Source of the DNA: Candidatus Buchananbacteria bacterium
Lineage (GTDB): Bacteria; Patescibacteriota; Patescibacteriia; Buchananbacterales; UBA6539
Assembly: GCA_016930315.1 (NCBI GenBank)
Contig: JAFGGX010000022.1
Coordinates: forward strand, 1-15,364
Length of the DNA stretch: 15,364 nucleotides
Direction of reading: 5' to 3'
In this document: positions 5,779-13,606 of the stretch, one piece after another
Position numbering within the stretch: position 1 is the first letter of the stretch
Layout of the letters: each line of letters opens with the position of its first letter
Made by a program: the position numbers and the translations under genes
The notes under the pieces: generated by a model
Told to the model about the DNA's origin: nothing
Database searches by the model: none
Seen by the model: the letters and a program-made list of their open reading frames with translations, nothing else

Positions 5779-8103
5779 TTATTGTCTAACAATTTTTGCT
5801 GCCTCCTCGAGCTGCAAACTTAGAAGTTTCGATATTCCGTCATCGCCCATGGTGACACCATAAAGAATGGAAGCTTTTTGCATGGTGGCGCGATTATGAG
5901 TAATGACAATAAATTGAGTTTTGTGAGAGAGCTCATCTAAAATTTTAGAAAAGCGTTGAGAGTTAGTTTCGTCCAAAGCAGCATCAACTTCATCTAAAAT
6001 TACAAACGGTGACGGGTTGTTGGCGATGATAGCACAAATTAAAGCAATGGCGGTTAACGACCGCTCGCCACCGGAAAGAATATTAACCGAAGAAACTTTT
6101 TTGCCCGGAGGAGTGGCGGTAATGTCGATGCCAGTAATGACTTTGCCGGTGGTTTTTTTTAAAAATCTTTTGGGTGAAATTGATTTTTCGGCATTTTGGA
6201 GTTGATCGAGAATCGAAGGCGAAGCCAAAAGTGATTCGTCGGGGTTTTGCGGGTTAGCAACATCAGTTTCAGTCGGTTTTTTTTCTTCGACCTCATTTGG
6301 ATCTTGTTTAATTAAAGTTAAAGTTGCTTTGCCGCCGCCAAATAAGGTGTTGAAAAATTTGGCAAATTCTTTGTTGATGTTTTTAAACGCTTCGTCAAAT
6401 TGAACTTGGATTTTTTCGTCCAGGTCGGTAATAATTTTTTCTAAAGATTTAATTGAATTACGTAGGTCGTCAGCTTGGGTTGATAAAAAGTCATGGCGGT
6501 CTTTTACTTTTTTGTGTTCGTCAATTACTTGGGGATCAACTCCGCCGATTAGTTCGAGTTGGCGGCGCTGTTTGATAATTTCTTCATGTAAAGCCACCTC
6601 ATTAATTTTTTCGGCTTGGTAATCTTTTAACCAGCCGCTGTCTTTAACCTCGTCTTTAATTTCTTGAGTTAAACTTTGTTGGCGGGTTTCGAGTTTGGCC
6701 ATTTCAATTCGGATTTCCGAAACCGCGCTGGCTTGTTGGTTATATTGATTTTGGCGGTCCGAAATTTTTCGTTGTAAATCAAAGAATTCACCTTTTTGTT
6801 TTTGTTGATCTTGATTAAAATTGGCAATGTCGGTTGAAGCTCCACTGAGTTGTTTTTCCATGGCACCTAAATCTTTTTTTACTGCTTCTAAATCTTTGAT
6901 AAAACTCGGATCAATTTCGGTTGCCACTTTTTCTTTGACTTGCGGATTTTCGAGTTGGCTGATTAAGTCTTTAATTAAACTAGCTAAGTCTTTGGTGTCG
7001 GATTTAATTTGGCCAATTTTGTCCGCCTTGCCGCTTTCGATATTTTTGCTGATTTGGTCTTGCAAGCTGGCAATCGCTTTTAGTTTTTTGATAATTTCTA
7101 AAATTGGCAGCGGGGAAGCTTTAATGGTTTGGCGCTGTTTGGCCATTTCAATTTTGTGTTCCAGCATCAATTGCTCTTCGCGCAGTTTGTTTTTTTGTTC
7201 GAGTAATTTTTGGTAGCGGCTTTGCAACTCGGTGAATTTGGAGTTACTGGTATCTTGTTTTTCTAAGCTCGACAAACGTTGTTGGGCGGCTTTTAATTCT
7301 TGATCTTTTTTGGCCAGTTCGACTTCGGCCGTTTGCAATTTAGGTTTAAGGTCGGTAACTTGTTGGGTTAGTTGCCGATTTAACCAGCCATAATATTTTT
7401 TTTGGGTTTGCTCTAACTCCGCTTCAATTTTGGCCCGGCGTTCCAAACGATGAACTTGGCGGGTGAGTGAATTTAAGCGGGGGGAAATTTCGGTCAGTAA
7501 TGCGTCAATTTGTAATAAATTGTTCCAGGCGTTTTCTAATTTGTTAATTGAACTGTCGCGTTTGATCTGAAATTCTTTGACCCCAACCGCTTCATCAAAA
7601 TATTCTTTTCGATCCGACGGGTTAGCCATAATCACTTGATCAATCGAACCCTGAGAAACAATGCTGTAACTTTTTTGACCAAAATTAGCCTTGGCGGCTA
7701 AAAGTAAAATATCTTGTAAACGAACTTTGCTGTTGTTGATTAAATATTGGCTTTCACCATCACGATACATTTTGCGGCTGATAATTACTTCATCGTAATC
7801 AATCGGTACCAAGTGAGCGGTGTTATCAATAATAATTTTTACTTCCGACATGCCCAGTCGGCCTTTTTTTTCTGAACCAGAAAAAATAACATCTTGCGAT
7901 TTTTTACCGCGTAAACTTTTTAAACTTTGTTCACCTAAAACCCAGCGAATGGCGTCAACCAAATTACTTTTGCCAGAACCATTGGGCCCGACAATACAAG
8001 CAATACCACAGCGGTCTGTGGTTATATTACGACTAGGAAAGGTGAGTAGGGTTTTTTGAGCGAAAGATTTAAAACCTTGGATCTCAATACTTTTGATAAA
8101 CAT
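5779..8103 (-). CDS. smc: SMC-family chromosome-segregation ATPase, short form (about 775 aa) with no recognisable hinge domain
   Basis: The N-terminus MFIKSIEIQGFKSF...IVGPNGSGKSNLVDAI carries the SMC FKSF motif and a Walker A box. The C-terminus LSGGERSLTAIALICAI...FVILDEVDAALDETN...QFIVITHN has the ABC signature, Walker B and D-loop. The middle is continuous coiled-coil-like sequence with no Gly-rich hinge. The start is taken as M14 of the ORF (8103). Confidence 0.8.
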   Translation of the reverse strand: MFIKSIEIQGFKSFAQKTLLTFPSRNITTDRCGIACIVGPNGSGKSNLVDAIRWVLGEQSLKSLRGKKSQDVIFSGSEKKGRLGMSEVKIIIDNTAHLVPIDYDEVIISRKMYRDGESQYLINNSKVRLQDILLLAAKANFGQKSYSIVSQGSIDQVIMANPSDRKEYFDEAVGVKEFQIKRDSSINKLENAWNNLLQIDALLTEISPRLNSLTRQVHRLERRAKIEAELEQTQKKYYGWLNRQLTQQVTDLKPKLQTAEVELAKKDQELKAAQQRLSSLEKQDTSNSKFTELQSRYQKLLEQKNKLREEQLMLEHKIEMAKQRQTIKASPLPILEIIKKLKAIASLQDQISKNIESGKADKIGQIKSDTKDLASLIKDLISQLENPQVKEKVATEIDPSFIKDLEAVKKDLGAMEKQLSGASTDIANFNQDQQKQKGEFFDLQRKISDRQNQYNQQASAVSEIRIEMAKLETRQQSLTQEIKDEVKDSGWLKDYQAEKINEVALHEEIIKQRRQLELIGGVDPQVIDEHKKVKDRHDFLSTQADDLRNSIKSLEKIITDLDEKIQVQFDEAFKNINKEFAKFFNTLFGGGKATLTLIKQDPNEVEEKKPTETDVANPQNPDESLLASPSILDQLQNAEKSISPKRFLKKTTGKVITGIDITATPPGKKVSSVNILSGGERSLTAIALICAIIANNPSPFVILDEVDAALDETNSQRFSKILDELSHKTQFIVITHNRATMQKASILYGVTMGDDGISKLLSLQLEEAAKIVRQ

Positions 8104-8129
8104 ATACATACATATGATAGCAAACCGGC

Positions 8130-8154
8130 TGACTAAAAACAATATTTGTGCTAA
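8130..8154 (+). repeat. Direct repeat copy 1: tgactaaaaacaatatttgtgctaa, promoter-like (cTGACT-17 nt-TAAGGT)
   Basis: It is identical over 25 nt to 10824-10848 and lies at the left edge of the GC-rich island, 150 nt upstream of the NfeD gene. Confidence 0.8.
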
Positions 8155-8303
8155 GGTTTAATGTTTGGTTAAGTGCCAAACGGCGGTTTGTCAGATAATT
8201 TAATCCATTAATTTCTTGACCAAGAAAGGAGGAAGTAAGAACCTGGAACTGTGGTGAGCCGGCGTTTTAGTCGGCCTTTATTCTGCATAAGGAGTTCAGG
8301 GTA

Positions 8304-8837
8304 ATGCTCATCAGTCTCGGAACGTACATGCTGATTGCTGTGGTTGGTTTTTTGTTACTGGCTGGTTCCCTGTTTTTCGGCGGTGACACTGATGTTGACG
8401 TCGATGTTGACGTCGATGTTGACGTCGGTTCAGGGATCAGTTGGATCAGCTTCAAAACCATCATGGCATTCGTGACCGGTTTTGGCGCTTCCGGCGCAAT
8501 TGCCAAATCCTTCCGCGTATCGGATCTCTTGACGCTCTTTGCAGCAATCGTCGGCGGCTTTGGTATAGCTGTCATCGCTGCTTTGATCGTCAGACATCTG
8601 TATCGGTCACAGTCCAACTCAAGCTACTCATCGTGCGACCTGGCCGATAAAACCGGCAGGGTAGTCGGTGAGATTATTCCTGGCCATTATGGCAATGTGA
8701 GTGTCAGCTTGCATGGTGAAACAATCACCAAACCAGCCAAGGCACCAAACGAAATCGAACCGATCAAAGTCGGCTCAACCGTCAAGGTAGTTTCTGCCAG
8801 CTCGACTGAGTTGGTGGTTGAACGTGTAATCAGTTAA
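8304..8837 (+). CDS. NfeD-like membrane protein: N-terminal transmembrane segments plus a C-terminal OB-fold beta-barrel, the usual partner of SPFH/flotillin proteins
   Basis: The product has an N-terminal hydrophobic domain and a C-terminal GRVVGEI...GSTVKVVSASSTELVVERV beta-rich domain typical of short NfeD (YuaF-like). A strong AAGGAG lies 9 nt upstream of the ATG. The gene is GC-rich and immediately precedes the flotillin gene, as in yuaF-floT operons. Confidence 0.75.
   Translation: MLISLGTYMLIAVVGFLLLAGSLFFGGDTDVDVDVDVDVDVGSGISWISFKTIMAFVTGFGASGAIAKSFRVSDLLTLFAAIVGGFGIAVIAALIVRHLYRSQSNSSYSSCDLADKTGRVVGEIIPGHYGNVSVSLHGETITKPAKAPNEIEPIKVGSTVKVVSASSTELVVERVIS
8391..8426 (+). repeat. Exact 12-nt tandem repeat gatgttgacgtc x3, encoding (DV)n within GDTDVDVDVDVDVDVGSG
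   Basis: The three copies are counted in the sequence. The repeat lies inside the NfeD-like CDS, between the first TM helix and the second membrane segment. Confidence 0.85.
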
Positions 8838-8894
8838 CCTGAAGTTTTGGTTAGCAAAACCTATTACCCCTAATCTTGAAAGGAATTCATCGAG

Positions 8895-10709
8895 ATGATT
8901 TCAGCTGCAAGTTTCCTGTCTGGTATTGATCTCGGAAGCCTGGTTCGTCCGGGCATGGTTTTGCTGGCGGTGTTGGCTCTGATCATCATCGTCATGCTGG
9001 TGTTGAGAAACTACAGAACCGTACCGCCTGACAAAGTTTTGGTGGTCTACGGTTGGAAGAAGGGCAACAAAGCCGGCGACCGCGGATTCAAAATGATCAC
9101 CGGCGGTGCTACCATCGTCTTACCGCTGGTGCAAAGTTTCAAGGAGCTGTCATTGGCGGCGTTTCAGGTGAAATTCTCGGTCACTAACGTACCCAGTAAG
9201 GAAGGCGTACGCGTTACCGTCAGCTCAGTGGCCACTTTGAAAATCGGCAGTAGTGACGAGATGCTGTCGTTGGCGGCGCGACGCTTTCTGCACATGGATC
9301 TGAATCAGGTACATACCTTTGCTCAGGAAGTATTGGAGGGTGGCCTGCGTGGCGTGGTAGCCACGCTGACCGTCGAAGGCCTGGTGCAGAACCGTCAGGA
9401 GTTCACTGAGGCCGTTATGGGTCAAGTCACTGATGACTTGGCCAAGCTTGGTCTTGAAGTAGACAACTTCGTCATCCAAGACATCGATGACGAAGGGGGC
9501 TACATCAACGCTTTGGGTCTCAAGCGTACGGCGGAAGTCAAGCGCGATGCCAAAATCGGTGAGGCTGAAGCCAGGCGCGATGAGGACATCAAGGTGGCCG
9601 AAGCCCAGCGTGAAGCCGACGAGAAATCTTCCGCAGCCAGACGCATCGGCGAGACAGCCAAGGCTGAGGCCGAGCAGAAGATCAGCGACGCTCAGCGTAT
9701 TCGCGATGAGCAAATCGCCAAGAATCAGGCCATCGTCGAGCGGGAAAAAGCCCGTGTGCCGGTGGCCGCCAAAATCGCTGCTCAGGAAGAACAGAAAACC
9801 TTGGGCGTCAAAACCGTTGAAGCCGAGCAGGCCGAGACCGAGGCCAGGATTCTGCTTCAGGAAAAGGAACGGGAACGTAAAGACGCTGAGCTCAGGGCCA
9901 CGGTTATCGTCACCGCCGAACGCACCAAGGAAGCATCGGTGATCACTGCCCAGGGCGAGGCTCAAGCCGAGATCGAAAAAGCCAAAGGCGAACGTACGGC
10001 CGAAGTTGAACGCGCCGAAGGCAAGAAAAGCGCCCAGGTGCTCAAGTCCGAAGGCGAGAAGACCGCGGCTGAACAAGCTGCTGAGGGTCGTAAGGCCCAA
10101 GCCGTTGCTCTCCAATCGGAAAAAGAGGCCGAAGCGGCTGGTCAGAGAGCCAATCTCTTGGCCACCGCCGAAGGCGAGAAGGCCAAGTTGCTGGCCACCG
10201 CCGAAGGCGAGAGGGCGAAACTGGAAGCCGAAGCCAGAGGCGTTGAGGTCAGAGGTCTCGCTGAAGCCTTGGCCGTCCAGAAGAAAGCCGAAGCCTACGC
10301 GTTGCTCGACCAAACCGGAAAGTTCCTACAGATTCTCGAAGCCATGCCCGGACTGATCGAAGCCCTTGGCGTCGCGGTCAGGACCGCCGGCGAAGGCACG
10401 GTCACGCCGATGGCCAAAGCCATCGGAGACGGCCTCGGGAACATCAAAGAGGTTCGCATCGTCGAAATCGGCAAACCCGGAAGCGATGGCACCAAAAGCC
10501 AAAACCCGTTGTCCAGAATCGCCAACATCACCCCCGACACCATCTTCGCCCTGGTCAAACAGTTCGAGGCTCTGGGATTTGGCGACGTCTTGAAGCAGGT
10601 GGCCACCAAGGCCGGTATCGACCTGTCTTCGATTGTGGAGAATGGGCCGAAGATCGAAGCCACTCCGCCCGAACCCGAATCGCCTCCGAACGTTCCGACC
10701 GAGAACTGA
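8895..10709 (+). CDS. floT: Flotillin (SPFH/band-7 family, FloT/YuaG-like) with a long Glu/Ala-rich coiled-coil region
   Basis: The product has an N-terminal TM segment, an SPFH domain (VLVVYGWKKGN...KELSLAAFQVKFSVTNVPSKEGVRVTVSSVATLKI...) and flotillin-type EA repeats (AEAQREADEK..., LLATAEGEKAKLLATAEGERAKLEAEARG). An AAAGGA Shine-Dalgarno site is present, the gene is GC-rich, and it follows an NfeD gene. Confidence 0.85.
   Translation: MISAASFLSGIDLGSLVRPGMVLLAVLALIIIVMLVLRNYRTVPPDKVLVVYGWKKGNKAGDRGFKMITGGATIVLPLVQSFKELSLAAFQVKFSVTNVPSKEGVRVTVSSVATLKIGSSDEMLSLAARRFLHMDLNQVHTFAQEVLEGGLRGVVATLTVEGLVQNRQEFTEAVMGQVTDDLAKLGLEVDNFVIQDIDDEGGYINALGLKRTAEVKRDAKIGEAEARRDEDIKVAEAQREADEKSSAARRIGETAKAEAEQKISDAQRIRDEQIAKNQAIVEREKARVPVAAKIAAQEEQKTLGVKTVEAEQAETEARILLQEKERERKDAELRATVIVTAERTKEASVITAQGEAQAEIEKAKGERTAEVERAEGKKSAQVLKSEGEKTAAEQAAEGRKAQAVALQSEKEAEAAGQRANLLATAEGEKAKLLATAEGERAKLEAEARGVEVRGLAEALAVQKKAEAYALLDQTGKFLQILEAMPGLIEALGVAVRTAGEGTVTPMAKAIGDGLGNIKEVRIVEIGKPGSDGTKSQNPLSRIANITPDTIFALVKQFEALGFGDVLKQVATKAGIDLSSIVENGPKIEATPPEPESPPNVPTEN
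10159..10224 (+). repeat. Near-identical 33-nt tandem duplication inside the flotillin gene, encoding LATAEGEKAKL/LATAEGERAKL
   Basis: The unit tggccaccgccgaaggcgagaaggccaagttgc is followed by tggccaccgccgaaggcgagagggcgaaactgg. Confidence 0.8.
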
Positions 10710-10786
10710 TCTCGTCGCACATTCTCCTTTCGGTTATCGAACCTTGTAACATTCACCAATTTGGCCAATAAAGCCATTGAGGTTAT

Positions 10787-10818
10787 GCCCCGTTGTGAAA
10801 GCGACGGGGCTTTTCATT
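10787..10818 (+). terminator. Intrinsic terminator after the flotillin gene (gccccgt-tgtgaaagcg-acggggc followed by ttttcattt), fused to direct repeat copy 2
   Basis: The hairpin and T-run are visible. It is part of the recurring unit cggggcttttcattt-NNNN-ttgac(a/t)aaaa. Confidence 0.6.
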
Positions 10819-10823
10819 TATAT

Positions 10824-10848
10824 TGACTAAAAACAATATTTGTGCTAA
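10824..10848 (+). repeat. Direct repeat copy 2, tgactaaaaacaatatttgtgctaa, identical to 8130-8154; promoter-like (TTGACT-17 nt-TAATTT)
   Basis: The two copies match 25 of 25 nt. The NfeD and flotillin genes lie between them. Confidence 0.8.
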
Positions 10849-10932
10849 TTTTTTTTGGTCGATGTCTTAGCAGAAATACTAAGATCTCGATTAGTTGTTT
10901 AACTCTGACCTGAAGAGAGAGGAGAATGTCTC

Positions 10933-11289
10933 GTGGGTGAGAAACAGCTTTATGTTATTGTGTTGGCCGGGATTGTGATTCTGTTGTGTGCTGTTGTGTG
11001 CGTCATGGCAGTATTTAAGTTGATTGCGGCCAAAGAGGAAGCACCCGAGCCCAGAAAACTCGAGCCCAAAGAACCTCAACCGCCCAAACGCCCGATCGTT
11101 TTGGTTCGACCGAAACACCCCCAAGGCGGCCATCCTTGGTTTTGGTTGTCTCGCAGGCAACCGGTAAAACCGAGTAACCAGCCCTCACACCCGCTCTTTT
11201 TGCCGCGTCGAAAATCCACAGCCTTCAAAGCCACTCCAAGGTTGCCAAGATTTCCGGGTTTTCAGCGTAAAAAAGGCGTAAAGCGTTAG
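10933..11289 (+). CDS. Small single-pass membrane protein with a Pro/Lys/Arg-rich tail (hypothetical)
   Basis: The gene has a GTG start with AGAGGAGA 8 nt upstream. One TM helix (LYVIVLAGIVILLCAVVCVMAVF) is followed by EAPEPRKLEPKEPQPPKRP... The gene is GC-rich. Confidence 0.45.
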   Translation: MGEKQLYVIVLAGIVILLCAVVCVMAVFKLIAAKEEAPEPRKLEPKEPQPPKRPIVLVRPKHPQGGHPWFWLSRRQPVKPSNQPSHPLFLPRRKSTAFKATPRLPRFPGFQRKKGVKR

Positions 11290-11347
11290 TTAGCCTAACC
11301 GATTAAATGCTCTATTGTATTTTTGGGGAAAGAAAATCCCAAGTTGT

Positions 11348-11380
11348 GCGCCCCCCAGCCAAAGCTGCGGGGCTTTTCAT
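11348..11380 (+). terminator. Intrinsic terminator (gcgcccccc-agccaaa-gctgcggggc followed by ttttcattt). It is the second copy of the terminator-promoter unit
   Basis: The hairpin is followed by the same ggggcttttcattt tail as at 10804-10818. Confidence 0.55.
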
Positions 11381-11385
11381 TTGTC

Positions 11386-11414
11386 TTGACAAAATGTGAT
11401 ATTTATGATAAGGT
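11386..11414 (+). promoter_or_regulatory. Promoter-like TTGACA-17 nt-TAAGGT, related to the 8130 and 10824 repeats (shared tgac.aaaa...atattt...taaggttt frame)
   Basis: TTGACA lies at 11386-11391 and TAAGGT at 11409-11414. It is followed by a leader containing hairpin agctg-ttttt-cagct followed by a T-run (11444-11466). Confidence 0.4.
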
Positions 11415-11560
11415 TTGCAATCGTTCATTATATTTAAAATTCAAGCTGTTTTTCAGCTTTTTGGCTATTATTTGATAGTAGTTGAAAGGCTGGAAAACAA
11501 CTTAGTACGACATCATCATGTGAGGGTTACTCTCACTTATCTGTTTGAAAGGAAACGATC

Positions 11561-11968
11561 ATGAACCCAAAGTCCGAATGGCGAGGCCTTCTGCTACGCT
11601 CTTTCATCTTCTGGATCATTATCACCCTTTTCTTCAGCCTGTTGCGTCTGGCCACTGCAGGCCCCATGCTGGAGTTTGCCTTGGTCTTCAGCTTGTATTA
11701 CGGCTTGGGCGCCGGATTTTACATGATCAGCTGGTCGACCCAGGACTGGAAACAGGACTCAGCGGTAACCATAGTCGTTATCTACTTGGTGCTACTCATC
11801 TGTTTCTTAGGCTTCGGTCGTCTCGACCTTTTCGACAATCCGTCGAATATCTCGCGGGCAGAGGAGTTCCTGGTGGTCTTTGTCGGGTTTATGGTCACAA
11901 GGATTGTCGCCCACCACCCGCTGCAGAGGCCGAAGAGGAGATTGCCTGGGCCAACCATTCTCACTTGA
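11561..11968 (+). CDS. Hypothetical 4-TM membrane protein (135 aa)
   Basis: AAAGGA lies 8 nt upstream of the ATG. The product has four hydrophobic helices. The gene is GC-rich and I recognise no family. Confidence 0.5.
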   Translation: MNPKSEWRGLLLRSFIFWIIITLFFSLLRLATAGPMLEFALVFSLYYGLGAGFYMISWSTQDWKQDSAVTIVVIYLVLLICFLGFGRLDLFDNPSNISRAEEFLVVFVGFMVTRIVAHHPLQRPKRRLPGPTILT

Positions 11969-12012
11969 ACGATCAGTGGTTACCTGATTGTCCAGTCACT
12001 TTGATGTCTTTT

Positions 12013-12058
12013 CCGCCCGCTACTCTTTGTGTGTTGCGGGCGGCTTTTCTTTTTTAGG
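12013..12058 (+). terminator. Intrinsic terminator at the right edge of the island (ccgcccgc...gcgggcgg followed by cttttctttttt)
   Basis: An 8-bp GC stem and a T-run are visible. A second terminator, ccaccc-agattg-gggtgg followed by a T-run, follows at 12127-12160. Confidence 0.6.
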
Positions 12059-12213
12059 CAAGAATGTCTATTAAGGGATTAAAAATCTTTTGGTGAGCTA
12101 GTGGACTGAGCAATCTGATTATCTATCCACCCAGATTGGGGTGGATTTTTGCTTTTTTTGCTTTTTTCAATTATAATTAAAGCAAATCATAAGTTAAAAA
12201 CGGTTATTAATTC

Positions 12214-12921
12214 TTGAATATTTTGTTAATTTTTAAGATGCTTTACTTTTTAGATATTCCAAATATTTTGTTAGTAATTTTAGCACTCAGTTTGGGTTTG
12301 TATGGTTTTGTAAAAAATCCAAAGTCCAGATTGGTTCAGGTTTGGTTTGCTTTGAATATGGCAGTGACAGCTTGGGCAGTTGGTTATATTTTGACTAATT
12401 ATTCAGTCAGTAATAGCCAAGCATTTATTTGTTTAAAAATAGTTTATTTTGCAGCTTCATTAATCCCTATCTTGTTTTTCCATTTTGTTTCTAGCTTTTT
12501 ATTTAAGAATTATAAATATAGGATTCTAATCTATATTGGTTATATTTCGGCCCTATTTTTTTTAATATTGAATGTATTAACCAATCATATTATTTCTGGT
12601 ATCAGGTTCATGGAAAATTACGGAAGCTATGAGGAAATCGAAACAAAGGGATTTTATTTTTTCTTGATTTATTTTTTCTTTTTTTCTTTCTTTTCCATCG
12701 GCTTGCTTTGGAAAGGCTATAAGGAAAGCAGTGGGGTAAGAAAACGCCAGATTTTTTATATTGCCTTAGCCGCCTTAGTTGGGTTTTTGGGCGGCACGTC
12801 AAATTTTTTTACCGATTTAACTGGGATTTATCCTTATGGTCAGTTTGTAGTGTGGCTTTATCCTTTATTTATCACTTATGGGATGTATATTGATGAGATT
12901 CAAATTAAAATTAAGTTTTAA
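12214..12921 (+). CDS. Polytopic membrane protein, paralog 1 of 3; resembles the N-terminal 7TM region of sensor histidine kinases and GGDEF proteins (7TM sensor-like) but has no output domain
   Basis: The 235-aa product has about 7 hydrophobic helices. A family pattern is shared with the next two genes: TM1, a basic K/R-N turn, a W-containing TM2, and F(F/L)(H/E)...YFP(Y/F)QR(W/V)E after TM3. The gene is extremely AT-rich. The domain assignment is from memory of the family consensus. Confidence 0.6.
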   Translation: MNILLIFKMLYFLDIPNILLVILALSLGLYGFVKNPKSRLVQVWFALNMAVTAWAVGYILTNYSVSNSQAFICLKIVYFAASLIPILFFHFVSSFLFKNYKYRILIYIGYISALFFLILNVLTNHIISGIRFMENYGSYEEIETKGFYFFLIYFFFFSFFSIGLLWKGYKESSGVRKRQIFYIALAALVGFLGGTSNFFTDLTGIYPYGQFVVWLYPLFITYGMYIDEIQIKIKF

Positions 12922-12923
12922 CT

Positions 12924-13601
12924 ATGGATTGGAGTAATTTAGGTTTAATTTTTGTGGCCGGGTCACAGTTAACGTTGGCGTTCATTATTTTATTTATCAA
13001 TTTCAAAAACAAAATTTGTTTGTATTTTTCAGCAGCAGTTTTCTGTTTGGCCGCCTGGACTGCTTTTACTGCTTTATTCCGGATGGTCAGTGGAGTCGAA
13101 GCGATTAGGATTTTATATAGTTTTAAGATCTCGTTTGGGTTGTTAATTGCTTTATTTTTTGAAATTTTTGCCATTTATTTTCCTTATCAAAGATGGGAAA
13201 TAAATAAATTGGTCCAAGCCATAGTTATGATTCCTACCTTGCTGACGATTTTAATTATTTTAACTTTTCCGCAGTTTTTGTTAACTAATATTTTTGTTAA
13301 CCCTGGCGCTAATACAGTCACAGTCAATAAAATTTTTTGGATACTTTTTTCATTCAGTTTTACTTTAAGTTTTGTAGCAGTTTTTGTTCGACTGATTATT
13401 AAGTTTAAAGAGATTGGCGGGTTTATGAAAAAGTCTTTGTTGTTTGTAATAGTCGGCGGATTGGTACCAGTGATTTTATCTTGGTTTTTTAATATTATAT
13501 TTTTATTTTTTGATGTTTTTGTATTTGATTGGATTGGTGCATTATTGAGTTTGATATTTTGTTTTGTTATGTATTATTTTATTTTTTTTAAAATGGATTA
13601 A
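12924..13601 (+). CDS. Polytopic membrane protein, paralog 2 of 3 (7TM sensor-like, stand-alone)
   Basis: The start lies 2 nt after the previous stop. The product is 225 aa with the same topology and the motif FFEIFAIYFPYQRWE. Confidence 0.6.
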   Translation: MDWSNLGLIFVAGSQLTLAFIILFINFKNKICLYFSAAVFCLAAWTAFTALFRMVSGVEAIRILYSFKISFGLLIALFFEIFAIYFPYQRWEINKLVQAIVMIPTLLTILIILTFPQFLLTNIFVNPGANTVTVNKIFWILFSFSFTLSFVAVFVRLIIKFKEIGGFMKKSLLFVIVGGLVPVILSWFFNIIFLFFDVFVFDWIGALLSLIFCFVMYYFIFFKMD

Positions 13602-13606
13602 GTTTT

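Noticed and set aside
6017-8059. ORFs 6017..6205, 6669..6866, 6821..7216 and 7820..8059 within or antisense to smc
   Set aside because: They are embedded in a well-supported SMC CDS and have no independent signals.
8129-8154. The 25-nt direct repeats as a classical target-site duplication
   Set aside because: At 25 nt the repeat is long for a target-site duplication, and each copy has promoter architecture (-35 plus 17 nt plus -10). Duplicated promoter modules or recombination sites seem more likely. No transposase or integrase is present in the window.
8391-8426. Possible CRISPR array (short tandem repeats at 8391-8426 and 1209-1244)
   Set aside because: The units are 12 nt and 15 nt, directly abutting with no spacers. 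One lies inside a CDS. No cas genes are present, so this is not CRISPR.
8267-8650. ORFs 8267..8617 (-) and 8441..8650 (+) overlapping the NfeD-like gene
   Set aside because: They are antisense or alternate frames of a GC-rich CDS. For example, the (TS)n stretch mirrors the (DV)n repeat.
9225-10777. Long ORFs antisense to, or in alternate frames of, the flotillin gene (9225..10313 -, 10295..10777 -, 9487..9942 +, 10006..10356 +, 10366..10593 +, 10555..10752 -)
   Set aside because: They lie inside a GC-rich CDS, where stop codons are depleted in all frames. Their products are low-complexity Gly/Arg/Pro-rich strings with no start context. The flotillin frame has clear SPFH homology.
10891-11160. 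ORF 10891..11160 (-) antisense to the small Pro-rich gene
   Set aside because: It is an antisense frame in a GC-rich region with no RBS.
11545-12057. 170-aa ORF 11545..12057 (+) overlapping the 4-TM gene in another frame
   Set aside because: Its translation is Arg/Pro/Gly-rich and junk-like and runs through the terminator hairpin. The SD-preceded hydrophobic frame 11561..11968 is more plausible.
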